Shown here: in pieces, positions 6,118 through 14,346 of the stretch
How positions within the stretch are numbered: position 1 is the first letter of the stretch
Layout of the letters: the number at the start of each line of letters is the position of its first letter
Assembly: GCA_040754495.1 (NCBI GenBank)
Contig: JBFMCO010000029.1
Coordinates: forward strand, 1 to 15,340
Reading direction: 5' to 3'
Length of the DNA: 15,340 bases
DNA from: Candidatus Micrarchaeota archaeon
Lineage (GTDB): Archaea > Micrarchaeota > Micrarchaeia > Anstonellales > Bilamarchaeaceae
The notes under the pieces: generated by a model
Database searches by the model: none
The model's input: only the letters and a program-made list of their open reading frames with translations
What the model was told of the DNA's origin: nothing
Program-made: the position numbers and the translations under genes

Positions 6118-6624
6118 TCACGGCGGTACCTTCCCCAACACCTTCTTCACGTCGATATGACAATACCCGCCCGGATTCTTCACCAGGTATTTTTGGTGAT
6201 ATTCTTCCGCACGCCAGAATTGCCCTGCCGGCTCTATCGACGTCGCAATAGGCTCGGAATACTTCTTCTGCTCGGACGCCTTCGACTCCTCTGCGAGCTT
6301 CTTCTGCTCGGCTGAATGGTAAAAAATAACGGGCCGGTACTGCGAACCGATGTCGTTCCCCTGCCCGTCCGCCTGCGTCGGGTGGTGCGCCATCCAGAAG
6401 ACCGAGAGGAGCTTCTCGTAGGTCGTCACGGAAGGATCATAGCTAATCTGCACGACTTCCACATGGCCGGTCGTGTCGTCGCAGACTTCTTCATAGGTCG
6501 GCTTCTCCTTGCTCCCGCCCATGTAGCCGACTGCGGTCTCCTTCACGCCTTTTATCTGCCTGAAAAGCTCCTCGGTGCCCCAGAAGCAGCCCCCTCCGAA
6601 AGTCGCGGTCTCCAGCCTCGCCAT
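6118..6624 (-). CDS. msrA: Peptide methionine sulfoxide reductase MsrA
   Basis: GGGCFWG active site, GYMGG, PTYEEVC, GHVEVV, QYRPVIF, AEEYHQKY and C-terminal YCH. Confidence 0.97.
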   Translation of the reverse strand: MARLETATFGGGCFWGTEELFRQIKGVKETAVGYMGGSKEKPTYEEVCDDTTGHVEVVQISYDPSVTTYEKLLSVFWMAHHPTQADGQGNDIGSQYRPVIFYHSAEQKKLAEESKASEQKKYSEPIATSIEPAGQFWRAEEYHQKYLVKNPGGYCHIDVKKVLGKVPP

Positions 6625-6632
6625 ACAAGCGC

Positions 6633-7034
6633 CTATTTCTTCTTCTCCGGCTCCCAGATGCCGAGGAGATTGCCTTCGCTGTCGTTAATGAAGGCTATCC
6701 GCCCGACTGTCGGGATGGTCAGCGTCTCGGCTATCTGCTTCCCCCCATTCTTCTTCACGAGGGCAAGGGTATTGTCGAGCGAATCCACCTGCACGTAGCT
6801 CGTTATGGGCTGGTTGGGGAACATCCGCTTCACCATCCCGCCCGAATTCAGCTGGCTCATCTCCGAATTCGGCCCTTTCTCGATTTTAGCCTCCCCGGTC
6901 ATGACCTGGTGGTACTCCATGTCCGAGCCGGGCATCTTCTCTTTAACGATTTCCCAGCCGAAGACCTTGGCGTAGAACTTCCTGGCCCTCTCCAAATCGT
7001 CCGCAGGTATCTCGAAATACGCTATGTTTCCCAT
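6633..7034 (-). CDS. VOC (glyoxalase/bleomycin resistance) family protein
   Basis: YFEIPADDLERARKFY..VFGW ... Y..V..LD..L..V...GG ...DSEGN..GIWE. Confidence 0.92.
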   Translation of the reverse strand: MGNIAYFEIPADDLERARKFYAKVFGWEIVKEKMPGSDMEYHQVMTGEAKIEKGPNSEMSQLNSGGMVKRMFPNQPITSYVQVDSLDNTLALVKKNGGKQIAETLTIPTVGRIAFINDSEGNLLGIWEPEKKK

Positions 7035-7044
7035 ACAAAACGCC

Positions 7045-7335
7045 TCATTTTCCCCTGGATGCCGAATTCACAACGTCATAAACCAATAACGACGCTTCAA
7101 CCCCGGCATACCTGAACATCAGGACTCCCTTGGGTATCCCCTTGCTCTTCATCGATGTATACGCATCTTTGCTCTCCCAAATGGTTATGATTCGGCATTT
7201 GTTCCCGTTCTTGATGAAGAACGTCTGGAGCATCCCCGGTTCAAGGGCCTTCGCCCCTTCTGCGAAATTAGCTTCGAGCCTGGCCGCCTTATCCGGCGGC
7301 AAATCCCCTTCCAAAATAGACATGACCATACCCAT
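7045..7335 (-). CDS. Antibiotic biosynthesis monooxygenase-like (dimeric alpha+beta barrel) protein
   Basis: RIITIWESKDAY motif and size fit. Start uncertain (7335, 7329 or 7323). Confidence 0.6.
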   Translation of the reverse strand: MGMVMSILEGDLPPDKAARLEANFAEGAKALEPGMLQTFFIKNGNKCRIITIWESKDAYTSMKSKGIPKGVLMFRYAGVEASLLVYDVVNSASRGK

Positions 7336-7378
7336 AGCTATCGCCATCCATCCGGGCACTCTCTATTGACCGTGGAAC

Positions 7379-7900
7379 TTATAATCCGTGGCTATAGCCA
7401 TACTGCAGCGCCTCTTCGACTTCGCCGTAGGAGCCTTTCCACGACGTCACAAAGGCGAATAGGACGCTCAGGTACTTCTTGTTCGGCTTGAAGGGCACCT
7501 TGACCTTCAGGCCCAGCCTCCGGATTATCTCGTTATCGGTCTTTCCCCCGGCTCTCATCTTCCGGGTCATCTGGACAATCCGGTTCTGGTCGTAGTCTGA
7601 CGCCTCATAAAGCTCCACGATTCCTTCAATCTGGCATCCTACACGGGTATTAAGGATGAGATTGCACATCGGGCAGACCGTCGTCAGGTTGGTTTTCTTG
7701 TTGTTGCTCGAGTCGCCGTCCAAAAACCATATCGTCTGCCATTTCTCTGCATGGAAATCGCAATAGGTGCATTTGTAATGGTCTCTTTCAAGCACATATG
7801 CCCGCAGCCCGTCCATTTCCAGCGCGGTCAATCTGCGGGTATTCTGGGTCAATCCACGGTAATTGGATGACTCTGCATAGGTCGGGGTGAGTTTTTTCAT
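7379..7900 (-). CDS. HNH-fold Zn-binding protein lacking the catalytic His (DotN/IcmJ-like)
   Basis: VLERDHYKCTYC...LDGDSSNN...NL..VCPMC; the usual HH before xDGD is WF here. Confidence 0.75.
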   Translation of the reverse strand: MKKLTPTYAESSNYRGLTQNTRRLTALEMDGLRAYVLERDHYKCTYCDFHAEKWQTIWFLDGDSSNNKKTNLTTVCPMCNLILNTRVGCQIEGIVELYEASDYDQNRIVQMTRKMRAGGKTDNEIIRRLGLKVKVPFKPNKKYLSVLFAFVTSWKGSYGEVEEALQYGYSHGL

Positions 7901-8028
7901 TGATATATTGTGACAGACCTTGTATATAGATGTGCATTTTTGGCAGATTGGAGAAAAATGCGGGTCCGTATGGCCTGGGAAAAGAAGATTTAGAAAAAAA
8001 GACGATTAACCCGAATCTCCGGCTAACC

Positions 8029-8172
8029 TTAGAACCTGGACTTCGGCTTGTAGCAGTTCCTGCAGTATACCGGCCTTCCTTCGGTTGGCTTGAAAGGAAC
8101 CTGGCACGGTTGCCCGCATTTCGCGCACGTTGCGTCAAACATTTCCCTGTCGCTGTTATCTCCGTATCCCAT
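8029..8172 (-). CDS. CxxC-x17-CxxC Zn-binding protein (47 aa), absent from the ORF track
   Basis: MGYGDNSDREMFDATCAKCGQPCQVPFKPTEGRPVYCRNCYKPKSRF, the classic REMF.A.C..CG....VPF.P...RPVYC..C signature. Confidence 0.9.
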   Translation of the reverse strand: MGYGDNSDREMFDATCAKCGQPCQVPFKPTEGRPVYCRNCYKPKSRF

Positions 8173-8324
8173 ATATACACCATTTTATGCTATTACACGA
8201 TTTTATTCTGTTGGGATATCTCCCCATCCTCTTAAATAGGGTGCTGAGGGAGGAAACCACCCCGCTGAAGAAAAAATCAGTCCGTAGGGTCACGCCGCCG
8301 ATGCCGTTCACGTCGCCAGGCTCG

Positions 8325-8840
8325 TTACCGGCGCCGCTCTCCGACCGGCTTACTGCTGTAAAACAGGGTTCCGGCGAAGAGCGGTATGACCATGAAGAAG
8401 AACCCGTCGCACCATCCTGGCGGGGGCGCCAGGTCGGATATGTCCGAGGGCGGGTCCTCCTTGCAGTTCTTGACCGCGATATCCACGCACCGGTCAGCTT
8501 TGTAAAAACAGTGGTCTATGGTTTCGAGTCCGCAGTCCAGCTTGTCGTTGCCGCTCGAATATATGGCCTTGCACGTTTCCAGCCTGTCCTTGCAGGCGTC
8601 CACCGCAGGGCAGTCGCCCATCTGGTACGAGATGCTCTCGAGGGGGTATGCGGCAAAAAGGCATGAAACGCCGCTGCCCTGGTATCCTTCATAGCATTTC
8701 TGGTCCATCTTGCCGCTGGAATCGAACGTGCATTTAGTGCACGAAGCGCCGTACGCCGATGATGCGCATGAGGCGGCAAAAGAAACGCCTGAGAGAACCA
8801 GAAGAAGGACCAGGAATCCGAAAACCTTGAGCAGGGCCAT
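8325..8840 (-). CDS. Cys-rich secreted protein with C-terminal membrane anchor
   Basis: N-terminal signal peptide, 13 Cys, Pro-rich linker, C-terminal hydrophobic segment and basic tail; TATA (8862-8869) 22 nt upstream. Confidence 0.8.
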   Translation of the reverse strand: MALLKVFGFLVLLLVLSGVSFAASCASSAYGASCTKCTFDSSGKMDQKCYEGYQGSGVSCLFAAYPLESISYQMGDCPAVDACKDRLETCKAIYSSGNDKLDCGLETIDHCFYKADRCVDIAVKNCKEDPPSDISDLAPPPGWCDGFFFMVIPLFAGTLFYSSKPVGERRR

Positions 8841-8870
8841 ACTCGGGATACATAAAAGGACTATATAAAT

Positions 8871-9308
8871 CTATCCGATGTCGAGATAAACTGCTTTTAG
8901 GTATTCGTTGCCCTCGAACCTCTTCTGCCCTCTCTTTACTGTCCCCTCTATTGTGATGACGAGCCTTTCCCCGTTCTTAGCAGGTATCCTTGCCGTTTCT
9001 GCTGCCTTGCACAGTATCCTGTCAAGAACCATCGAAGCCGGCCCAGGGATGTCGGCCGGAACCTGCCCGTCCAGGGTCAGGAACAGCCGGCGCCCGGAGT
9101 CGCCGTCTTTCAGGTAAACGCATGCCATGTCGCCGTCGGACGTGCCAACGTCCTCGTCGGCAGCAGTGAAAAGCAGGCCCCTCACCCTGAGCGTTTTTCC
9201 CAGGTAACGCCCCGGGTCATCAAGGATGGTCGAGGGCTTTTTCGCCCCCCTCCTTCCAGACGCCATCAGGGCAGCAACGGCAGCCCCAACGGCAGCTCCG
9301 GAACTCAT
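8871..9308 (-). CDS. Hypothetical membrane-anchored protein, possible OB-fold
   Basis: N-terminal hydrophobic stretch; ILDDPGRYLGKTLRVRG and TIEGTV are OB-fold-like. Start overlaps the upstream stop (TGATG). Confidence 0.65.
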   Translation of the reverse strand: MSSGAAVGAAVAALMASGRRGAKKPSTILDDPGRYLGKTLRVRGLLFTAADEDVGTSDGDMACVYLKDGDSGRRLFLTLDGQVPADIPGPASMVLDRILCKAAETARIPAKNGERLVITIEGTVKRGQKRFEGNEYLKAVYLDIG

Positions 9309-9466
9309 CAGTCCGCCTCGGCGAGCTTCTTCCGGAGCTGCTCGAGCTCGTCATGGACCGCCCTGTTTTTCTTCAGCGGGTCCATGCGGGCCTTCACCTC
9401 GAGCTCCTCAATTCTCGCCTTGATGTTGGCTTTCTTCCTTGACAGGTCCTTCTTGCTCATTCCCAT
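9308..9466 (-). CDS. Small basic coiled-coil protein (52 aa), absent from the ORF track
   Basis: MGMSKKDLSRKKANIKARIEELEVKARMDPLKKNRAVHDELEQLRKKLAEAD; fills the gap exactly and is coupled to the next gene. Confidence 0.8.
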   Translation of the reverse strand: MGMSKKDLSRKKANIKARIEELEVKARMDPLKKNRAVHDELEQLRKKLAEAD

Positions 9467-9476
9467 TGAAATCGCC

Positions 9477-10127
9477 TTATTCATGCGGCTTTACGACGAA
9501 CCACTTGCCGCCGACGCCCTCGCCCTTAACGTCGCCGGGCTCCGTGTCTGCGGCGTAGTAATAGAGCGGTACGCCGTTGTAGGTCACTTGCGTGGTGTTA
9601 TCCGTCCTGAGTATCGCCCCCATCTCGCCCGGAAGGCCGGAGGGGATTGCTATGGTGTCGGTGACGAGCAGCGGCGGCCAGTTGGCTGCGCATGTGCCGT
9701 AGCACGTGGACTTGTTCACGGAATCGGCCGTGAAGAGGTAAAGCGAATATCCCCGGTCATCGACGAGAATCTCGCCGAGGCTGGAATTGGCAGTCTTCAC
9801 GGTGTACGACACGACGCACGGCGTCTCGAACTCGCGGACGCACTTCTTGAGGATTTCGCACCAGGAATATCCTGCCGAGGGCTTGCACCCGTGCTCGTCC
9901 GTGTCGTTGCCGACAAGAGGCGGCGGAGTGACGTTGCTTTCATTGCCCTTCACCTCAGGGCACGGGGCGAACTCGCAGTTCTGGCCGGTCCGCCCCACTG
10001 CGGTCCCGTCCGGACAGATTTTCGCCTCCATCGTGCACGCTGTCGTGTTATCCGAAGGCGGCGCCTGCTGGGCGCAGCCTGCCAGGATTACAAGGATTAC
10101 CGCTAAAACCGTGAGAATCGCTTTCAC
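9477..10127 (-). CDS. Lipoprotein (216 aa) with COG4315-type (WPP) repeat domain and two small Cys modules
   Basis: GTG start with GGTGA (10132-10136) and TATA (10159-10165); lipobox LAGC; CTMEAKICPDG...CEFAPCP; GNDTDEHGC..SAGYSWC; G.SLY.F..D...STCYG.CA..WPP...QVTYNG.PLYYY..D. Confidence 0.88.
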   Translation of the reverse strand: MKAILTVLAVILVILAGCAQQAPPSDNTTACTMEAKICPDGTAVGRTGQNCEFAPCPEVKGNESNVTPPPLVGNDTDEHGCKPSAGYSWCEILKKCVREFETPCVVSYTVKTANSSLGEILVDDRGYSLYLFTADSVNKSTCYGTCAANWPPLLVTDTIAIPSGLPGEMGAILRTDNTTQVTYNGVPLYYYAADTEPGDVKGEGVGGKWFVVKPHE

Positions 10128-10168
10128 ATCATCACCATGCTGGAGCTCTCCGGCCAGGTTTATAAGAC

Positions 10169-10657
10169 TCACTTCCTGCTTGCAAAGTACGCCGCGAGGC
10201 CCCCGATGGCCGCAGGAATGGCGTTCTTTATCGTCCATAAGACGAAGATGAGGACCACCGCAAGCAGGTATAAAGACATCGGAATGTCGGCCTGCACTAC
10301 GGCCTCGTTGAGGACGAGCCGGGATACTGCGGTGTCGAAGAAAAGCTCGAAGATGGCTGAAGCCGCCGTAAGCAGGCTGAGCTGGACTATGAAATCTACG
10401 GCTTGAGGACGCTTTCCCCCGAAATAAAAGTATATGCCTATGAAATAGGCGACGGCGGGAAAGGCCATCAGCTGCAGGAGCAGGATGGCGATTGCGGAAA
10501 ACGAGGTGCTGCCGATGCACTTCATCCCGAACTCATCGGTGTCCCTGCCTTCCTCGTTGAAGCAGAGGCCCGCCCTTTCGGCAGCCATGAACATCGCGAA
10601 GCCTGCGAGCGTGATTAGAAGGACGGTGGCGGCAAATCTACCGTAGTCCTTAATCAT
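10169..10657 (-). CDS. Multi-pass membrane protein (162 aa)
   Basis: Several hydrophobic segments from MIKDYGRF. The upstream extension to 11017 overlaps another gene and is discarded. Confidence 0.7.
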   Translation of the reverse strand: MIKDYGRFAATVLLITLAGFAMFMAAERAGLCFNEEGRDTDEFGMKCIGSTSFSAIAILLLQLMAFPAVAYFIGIYFYFGGKRPQAVDFIVQLSLLTAASAIFELFFDTAVSRLVLNEAVVQADIPMSLYLLAVVLIFVLWTIKNAIPAAIGGLAAYFASRK

Positions 10658-11090
10658 CAGTCGTCCCCCCGATGTTCTTCCATTCCGGCTTCCATGCCGG
10701 CGCTTGTGGCCTGGCCCTGTTCCTGAGCCACAAGGCGATCTCCAGGAGTACGATTCCCACCAACAGGGCAACGGCGGCTGAATCCGTAAACCACAGGGCG
10801 ATCGCGCTGATAACCAGCGAAAGGCTGAAGGAGATGCTGATTCCGTAGGGCAGCCTCTCCCGCACGTCCTCCTCGGAAATCCTGAGAAGCGGCGGCAGCA
10901 TGATTCGTCCGGCAACGCAGAAAATGCACAGGGCCTCGAATCCCCATGCCATTGTGTAAAGCGCGAGGATTGCCATGTCCTGGAAGGTGCCGAGATTGAC
11001 AGGCAGGCCGAGGGCAAGGAAGTAGAAGACTGTCAAAAGGGAGCCGATTACGCCTATTATGAGGTATCTCCGGTCGCGTTCGCCAGCCAT
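10650..11090 (-). CDS. Multi-pass membrane protein (146 aa)
   Basis: About four hydrophobic segments; 8-nt overlap with the downstream gene. Confidence 0.7.
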   Translation of the reverse strand: MAGERDRRYLIIGVIGSLLTVFYFLALGLPVNLGTFQDMAILALYTMAWGFEALCIFCVAGRIMLPPLLRISEEDVRERLPYGISISFSLSLVISAIALWFTDSAAVALLVGIVLLEIALWLRNRARPQAPAWKPEWKNIGGTTDD

Positions 11091-11102
11091 CCGATCTGTC
11101 CT

Positions 11103-11327
11103 TTACTTCTTCCTGCGCGTCCTCTTCGCAGATTTGGACATCATCGGAGGCTTCGGAGCCGAAGGAGGAGAGTCGTCCTGCATTCTTGGTTCCATGCCGA
11201 ATCCTACGAGCATGAGGCCTATGAGGTAAGAAGCTATGGCCAGGGGCACTACGAAGTAGCTGCCGGTGATGACCATCCCCAAACCCAAAGCGACGCTGAG
11301 CACTCTCTGGTTTCTCTTTGATTCCAT
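11103..11327 (-). CDS. Small membrane protein with two TM segments and a basic tail
   Basis: ATG 11327 lies 22 nt after TTAATAAA; start could be 11348. Confidence 0.6.
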   Translation of the reverse strand: MESKRNQRVLSVALGLGMVITGSYFVVPLAIASYLIGLMLVGFGMEPRMQDDSPPSAPKPPMMSKSAKRTRRKK

Positions 11328-11425
11328 ACGTAGAAAATCAAGATTCATGTTTATTAATCTAATCCTTTGTGTTTTTATTGTGGTATTTAACATTTCTAAT
11401 ATTATCTTAGTATTTCAAAAATAGT

Positions 11426-11776
11426 TTAATCGAGATGGTGCCGCCCGCGGTGTGCATGGCCGAGCTTGTGCGAGCTGAAGATGTCTATGGCGTCCATGAA
11501 AAGGTGCGTCAGCTCCATATACTGGTTGTGCGACATCCCGAACCGGCCGTGCTTCAGATTCAGTTCCTCGTCGAAGATACGCGCCAGGTACCAAAGCTCC
11601 CGCGTTTCCATCTCGCTGAGCGGCCGGCGCTCATTCACCGCGTCCCTGAGCTTGGACTCCATCCACAAGACGACGTCGTCGGAAAAATCGCGCTTCCTCA
11701 TGTAGATGAGCACGCCCTCTATGTACGGGTCGTGCCTGTCCACCCTCCTTCCGGAAAGGAAGCCCAGTTTCACCAT
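11426..11776 (-). CDS. Hypothetical protein (116 aa)
   Basis: Helical composition with a His-rich C-terminus; divergent from the methyltransferase. Confidence 0.65.
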   Translation of the reverse strand: MVKLGFLSGRRVDRHDPYIEGVLIYMRKRDFSDDVVLWMESKLRDAVNERRPLSEMETRELWYLARIFDEELNLKHGRFGMSHNQYMELTHLFMDAIDIFSSHKLGHAHRGRHHLD

Positions 11777-11856
11777 TCCACCGACATGTATTATGCCGGA
11801 CGTCCTATTTATTGCTTTCAGTCAGCTAAAAAAACGTTCCCGTCCCATTCACGGGC

Positions 11857-12723
11857 ATGGAGGAAAAGGCCTTCCGCGACTGGCTGAGCAGCTACACTGA
11901 CCCGGAGGCCGCCCTGTCGGCGTTCGCCAGCCAGAAGACTTTTTTCCGCGTTAATACCCTGAAGCTCACGGTCGGGGAATTCGAGGGGAAATCTCGCCTG
12001 AGGCGCACCAAGACGCCCTACTACGATGCGGCTTTCGCCCTCGACGAGAACCTTCAGATAGGAAAAACATGGGAGTATTTCCTCGGACTCATCCATCCGC
12101 AGGCCATGCCCTCCATCCTCGTGTCCCTCGTCCTCGACCCGAAGCCGGGCGAGACGGTCCTGGATGTCGCCTCGGCCCCGGGCTCGAAGCTCTCCCACAT
12201 GGCCATGCTCATGGAGAACCGGGGAGTGCTCGTCGGGAACGACCTCAAGGGCGAGAAGGTCTCGGCATTATTTTCCACGATAAACCGGCTGAACGTCCTC
12301 AACTGCATCGTGACGACGCTGGACGGAAGCAGGCTTCCATGGAAGGAAAAATTCGACAAGGTCCTCCTGGACGCCCCCTGCACGGCCCTCGGGAGCGGCG
12401 CGGCCGCGTTTTCGCGCTGGGACGAGACGCACTCCGAGAGGATCGCCGAACTGCAAAAAAGGATGATTGCGAGCGCATACGATGCGCTGAGGCCGGGGGG
12501 TGCGATGGTGTATTCCACATGCACATACGCCCGGGAGGAGAACGAGGACGTCGTGGGGGCGCTTCTCGAATCGCGACAGGATTCGAGGCTCGAAGCAGTT
12601 GACCTGGCTTTTCCCAGGGAGCAGGGACTGGGCGAAGAGTTCAAAAGCTGCTGCAGGGTATATCCACAGCATCTCCAGAGCGAGGGATTCTTCATAGCGA
12701 GGATATCGAAGGTGGTCGGATGA
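11857..12723 (+). CDS. RsmB/NOP2 (NOL1/NOP2/Sun)-family RNA m5C methyltransferase, RsmF-like catalytic domain
   Basis: RVNTLK, DVASAPGSK (SAM binding), LLDAPC and YSTCT (both catalytic Cys), EENE.VV, EGFFIARI. Confidence 0.95.
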   Translation: MEEKAFRDWLSSYTDPEAALSAFASQKTFFRVNTLKLTVGEFEGKSRLRRTKTPYYDAAFALDENLQIGKTWEYFLGLIHPQAMPSILVSLVLDPKPGETVLDVASAPGSKLSHMAMLMENRGVLVGNDLKGEKVSALFSTINRLNVLNCIVTTLDGSRLPWKEKFDKVLLDAPCTALGSGAAAFSRWDETHSERIAELQKRMIASAYDALRPGGAMVYSTCTYAREENEDVVGALLESRQDSRLEAVDLAFPREQGLGEEFKSCCRVYPQHLQSEGFFIARISKVVG

Positions 12724-13259
12724 ATGTTAGCAAGGTTATCGCGGACAAGATAAGGAGGCCGGAGCACATGTTCTCGGTCTCGCTGAACGGTGACGACTAT
12801 TTCTACATACGCTCCGAGCCGTGCGCCATCTACTTCATTCCGGCGGCCGCCGCCCAGGAGCTACTGCGGAAAAGGAAGGGCGGGGCGCTTCCGGAATCCG
12901 CGGAGATGGTAGAATCGGCGAGCCTTTTCTTCGTGAAGGAGGGCGAGGAGCACATGCCGCCCAGATACAAGATGCTCGTCGGGCAAAGCCTCGTTTCGGT
13001 GAAGCTGGTCAAAGCCACAGACAAGCGCCTCTACGCCCCGCCCGGGAGCGAGGTGTTCGCATGGGAGGAGGATTTCGAGTTCATCTTCGAGATGGACGAG
13101 CCCTCGGACGTCCAGAGGTTCGGCGTCGTGGACCTGAAAAGGGGCCGCTCCTACATCTATGAATACCGGCGCGAAAAGCTTGAGGGGGAGCCCCCGCTCC
13201 GCTTCTTCAGGAATGACAAGGAGATAGAGATAAACGCCATCGAGTTCCACCTGGGATAA
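12720..13259 (+). CDS. Hypothetical protein (179 aa) in the methyltransferase operon
   Basis: ATGA overlap with the upstream gene and 1-nt gap to the downstream gene. No family recognised. Confidence 0.75.
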   Translation: MNVSKVIADKIRRPEHMFSVSLNGDDYFYIRSEPCAIYFIPAAAAQELLRKRKGGALPESAEMVESASLFFVKEGEEHMPPRYKMLVGQSLVSVKLVKATDKRLYAPPGSEVFAWEEDFEFIFEMDEPSDVQRFGVVDLKRGRSYIYEYRREKLEGEPPLRFFRNDKEIEINAIEFHLG

Positions 13260-13260
13260 A

Positions 13261-13692
13261 ATGTTCATAGCCAACAAGGAGAGGAATTTCCAGGCGTTCG
13301 CGAAGCGCCATTTCGGCATCTCCCTTCCGGCTGATGCGGTATTTTTCTATTCGGGCGGCGTCAGGGTGGGCGCTCCCGGCATCGTGAAAAGCCCCATCCG
13401 GGGCGAGAAGGGCTACGCGGCATGCGATGCCGGCTTCAACCCCACGAACGCCTTCGCGCAGAATTTCGGCCATCTTGCGACGAAGAACGTCGTGGACGTG
13501 GACGAGGCGAAAGCCAGGGAGTTCGCGGTCGGCCGGGGCCTCGGGGGCCTCGACCTTGGCGGGAAAAGCGGATTCGTCATCGTCAGGTTCCGGGGCTTCG
13601 CGGTGGGCCTCGGGCAGTACGACGCCGCGCAAAAAAAGGTGAGGAACCTCATCCCGGAGAAAAGAAGGAGGAAAATCGTCAACTCAGTCTGA
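13261..13692 (+). CDS. RsmF C-terminal PUA-like / NIP7-type RNA-binding protein
   Basis: PTNAFAQNFGHLATKNVVDVDEAKAREF..G..L, G.VIVRF.GFAVGLG and V.NLIP resemble the RsmF C-terminal domains. Confidence 0.75.
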   Translation: MFIANKERNFQAFAKRHFGISLPADAVFFYSGGVRVGAPGIVKSPIRGEKGYAACDAGFNPTNAFAQNFGHLATKNVVDVDEAKAREFAVGRGLGGLDLGGKSGFVIVRFRGFAVGLGQYDAAQKKVRNLIPEKRRRKIVNSV

Positions 13693-14025
13693 GACATCCA
13701 CGTTCAGGCTGCGCTCAAGGTAAATCAGGCTCGCCCGCTCGAAGGGCACGCCTTCGTCCGCGCTTATCCTGGCCAATGCCGCGAATTCGTCTTTTCCGAA
13801 ATGGAAGATGCGGACGTTCGCGGTGTTCTGCGCGTAATCCAGGAACCATTCCAGCGCCCTGCCCTTCTTCCGCTCAGACAGCCAGCGTGAAACCTCTGCA
13901 AGCACGAACGCGCTCAGCACGATTTTTTCCCGGTCGAATATCTTTATCCCAGCGCGCGCCTTCGCGTGCCTCGGGTGCGCGGGGTCGAAGAAAGCCTTCC
14001 AGAATTCCGCTGAAGTGGCTATCAT
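13684..14025 (-). CDS. Degenerate, truncated PIN-domain (VapC-like) protein
   Basis: FW.A.FD..HP.H.KA...KIVLSAFVLAEV is PIN-like, but the first Asp is absent and the C-terminal TFD.DF segment is missing. Confidence 0.65.
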   Translation of the reverse strand: MIATSAEFWKAFFDPAHPRHAKARAGIKIFDREKIVLSAFVLAEVSRWLSERKKGRALEWFLDYAQNTANVRIFHFGKDEFAALARISADEGVPFERASLIYLERSLNVDVSD

Positions 14026-14029
14026 CCTA

Positions 14030-14227
14030 TCACCAGGGCGGCAGGCAATTCATCGCCTCCTGCGTGGAGGAAAATTTCTTCCCGCTTTTGCGCTGCTGCT
14101 CGTAGCGCTCGAGCCCGAGCTCCACGAGCTGGTCGAGCGCCTCGGCTATCGTCAGGTTGTGCTCGTCCGCGAACCGGTTCAGCATCTCCTTCGTGCGCCT
14201 GCCGGCGTTCCGGATTGTATACATCAT
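14030..14227 (-). CDS. Ribbon-helix-helix (VapB-like) antitoxin
   Basis: MYTIRNA...TKE.L...A...NLTIAEAL is RHH-type; 4 nt upstream of the PIN gene. Confidence 0.7.
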   Translation of the reverse strand: MMYTIRNAGRRTKEMLNRFADEHNLTIAEALDQLVELGLERYEQQRKSGKKFSSTQEAMNCLPPW

Positions 14228-14242
14228 TTAGACCATTAATGC

Positions 14243-14259
14243 GTATTACATGTATTACA
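14243..14259. promoter_or_regulatory. Putative RHH operator: two GTATTACA direct repeats
   Basis: 14243-14250 and 14252-14259, between a TTTTTAAT TATA-like box and the antitoxin start. Confidence 0.5.
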
Positions 14260-14346
14260 ATTAAAAATACTGGCACAACGGCCCGAGGCGGCCCGGGCCG
14301 GCCCGCGCTTTCCCGCGCATCAGCCCCGAAGCCGCGCCTTAGCGCC

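Noticed and set aside
8173-8324. Structured ncRNA or riboswitch upstream of the CxxC-x17-CxxC gene
   Set aside because: Only short weak stems; no tRNA, SRP, RNase P or riboswitch signature recognised.
8261-9380. 15-bp inverted match CCCGCTGAAGAAAAA (8261-8275 versus 9366-9380)
   Set aside because: One copy is inside a coding sequence, and a 15-mer match on either strand of 15 kb is plausible by chance (rough expectation about 0.2).
10128-11017. N-terminal extensions of ORFs 9477-10520 and 10169-11017
   Set aside because: They overlap other genes in different frames; internal starts have RBS/TATA or coupling support.
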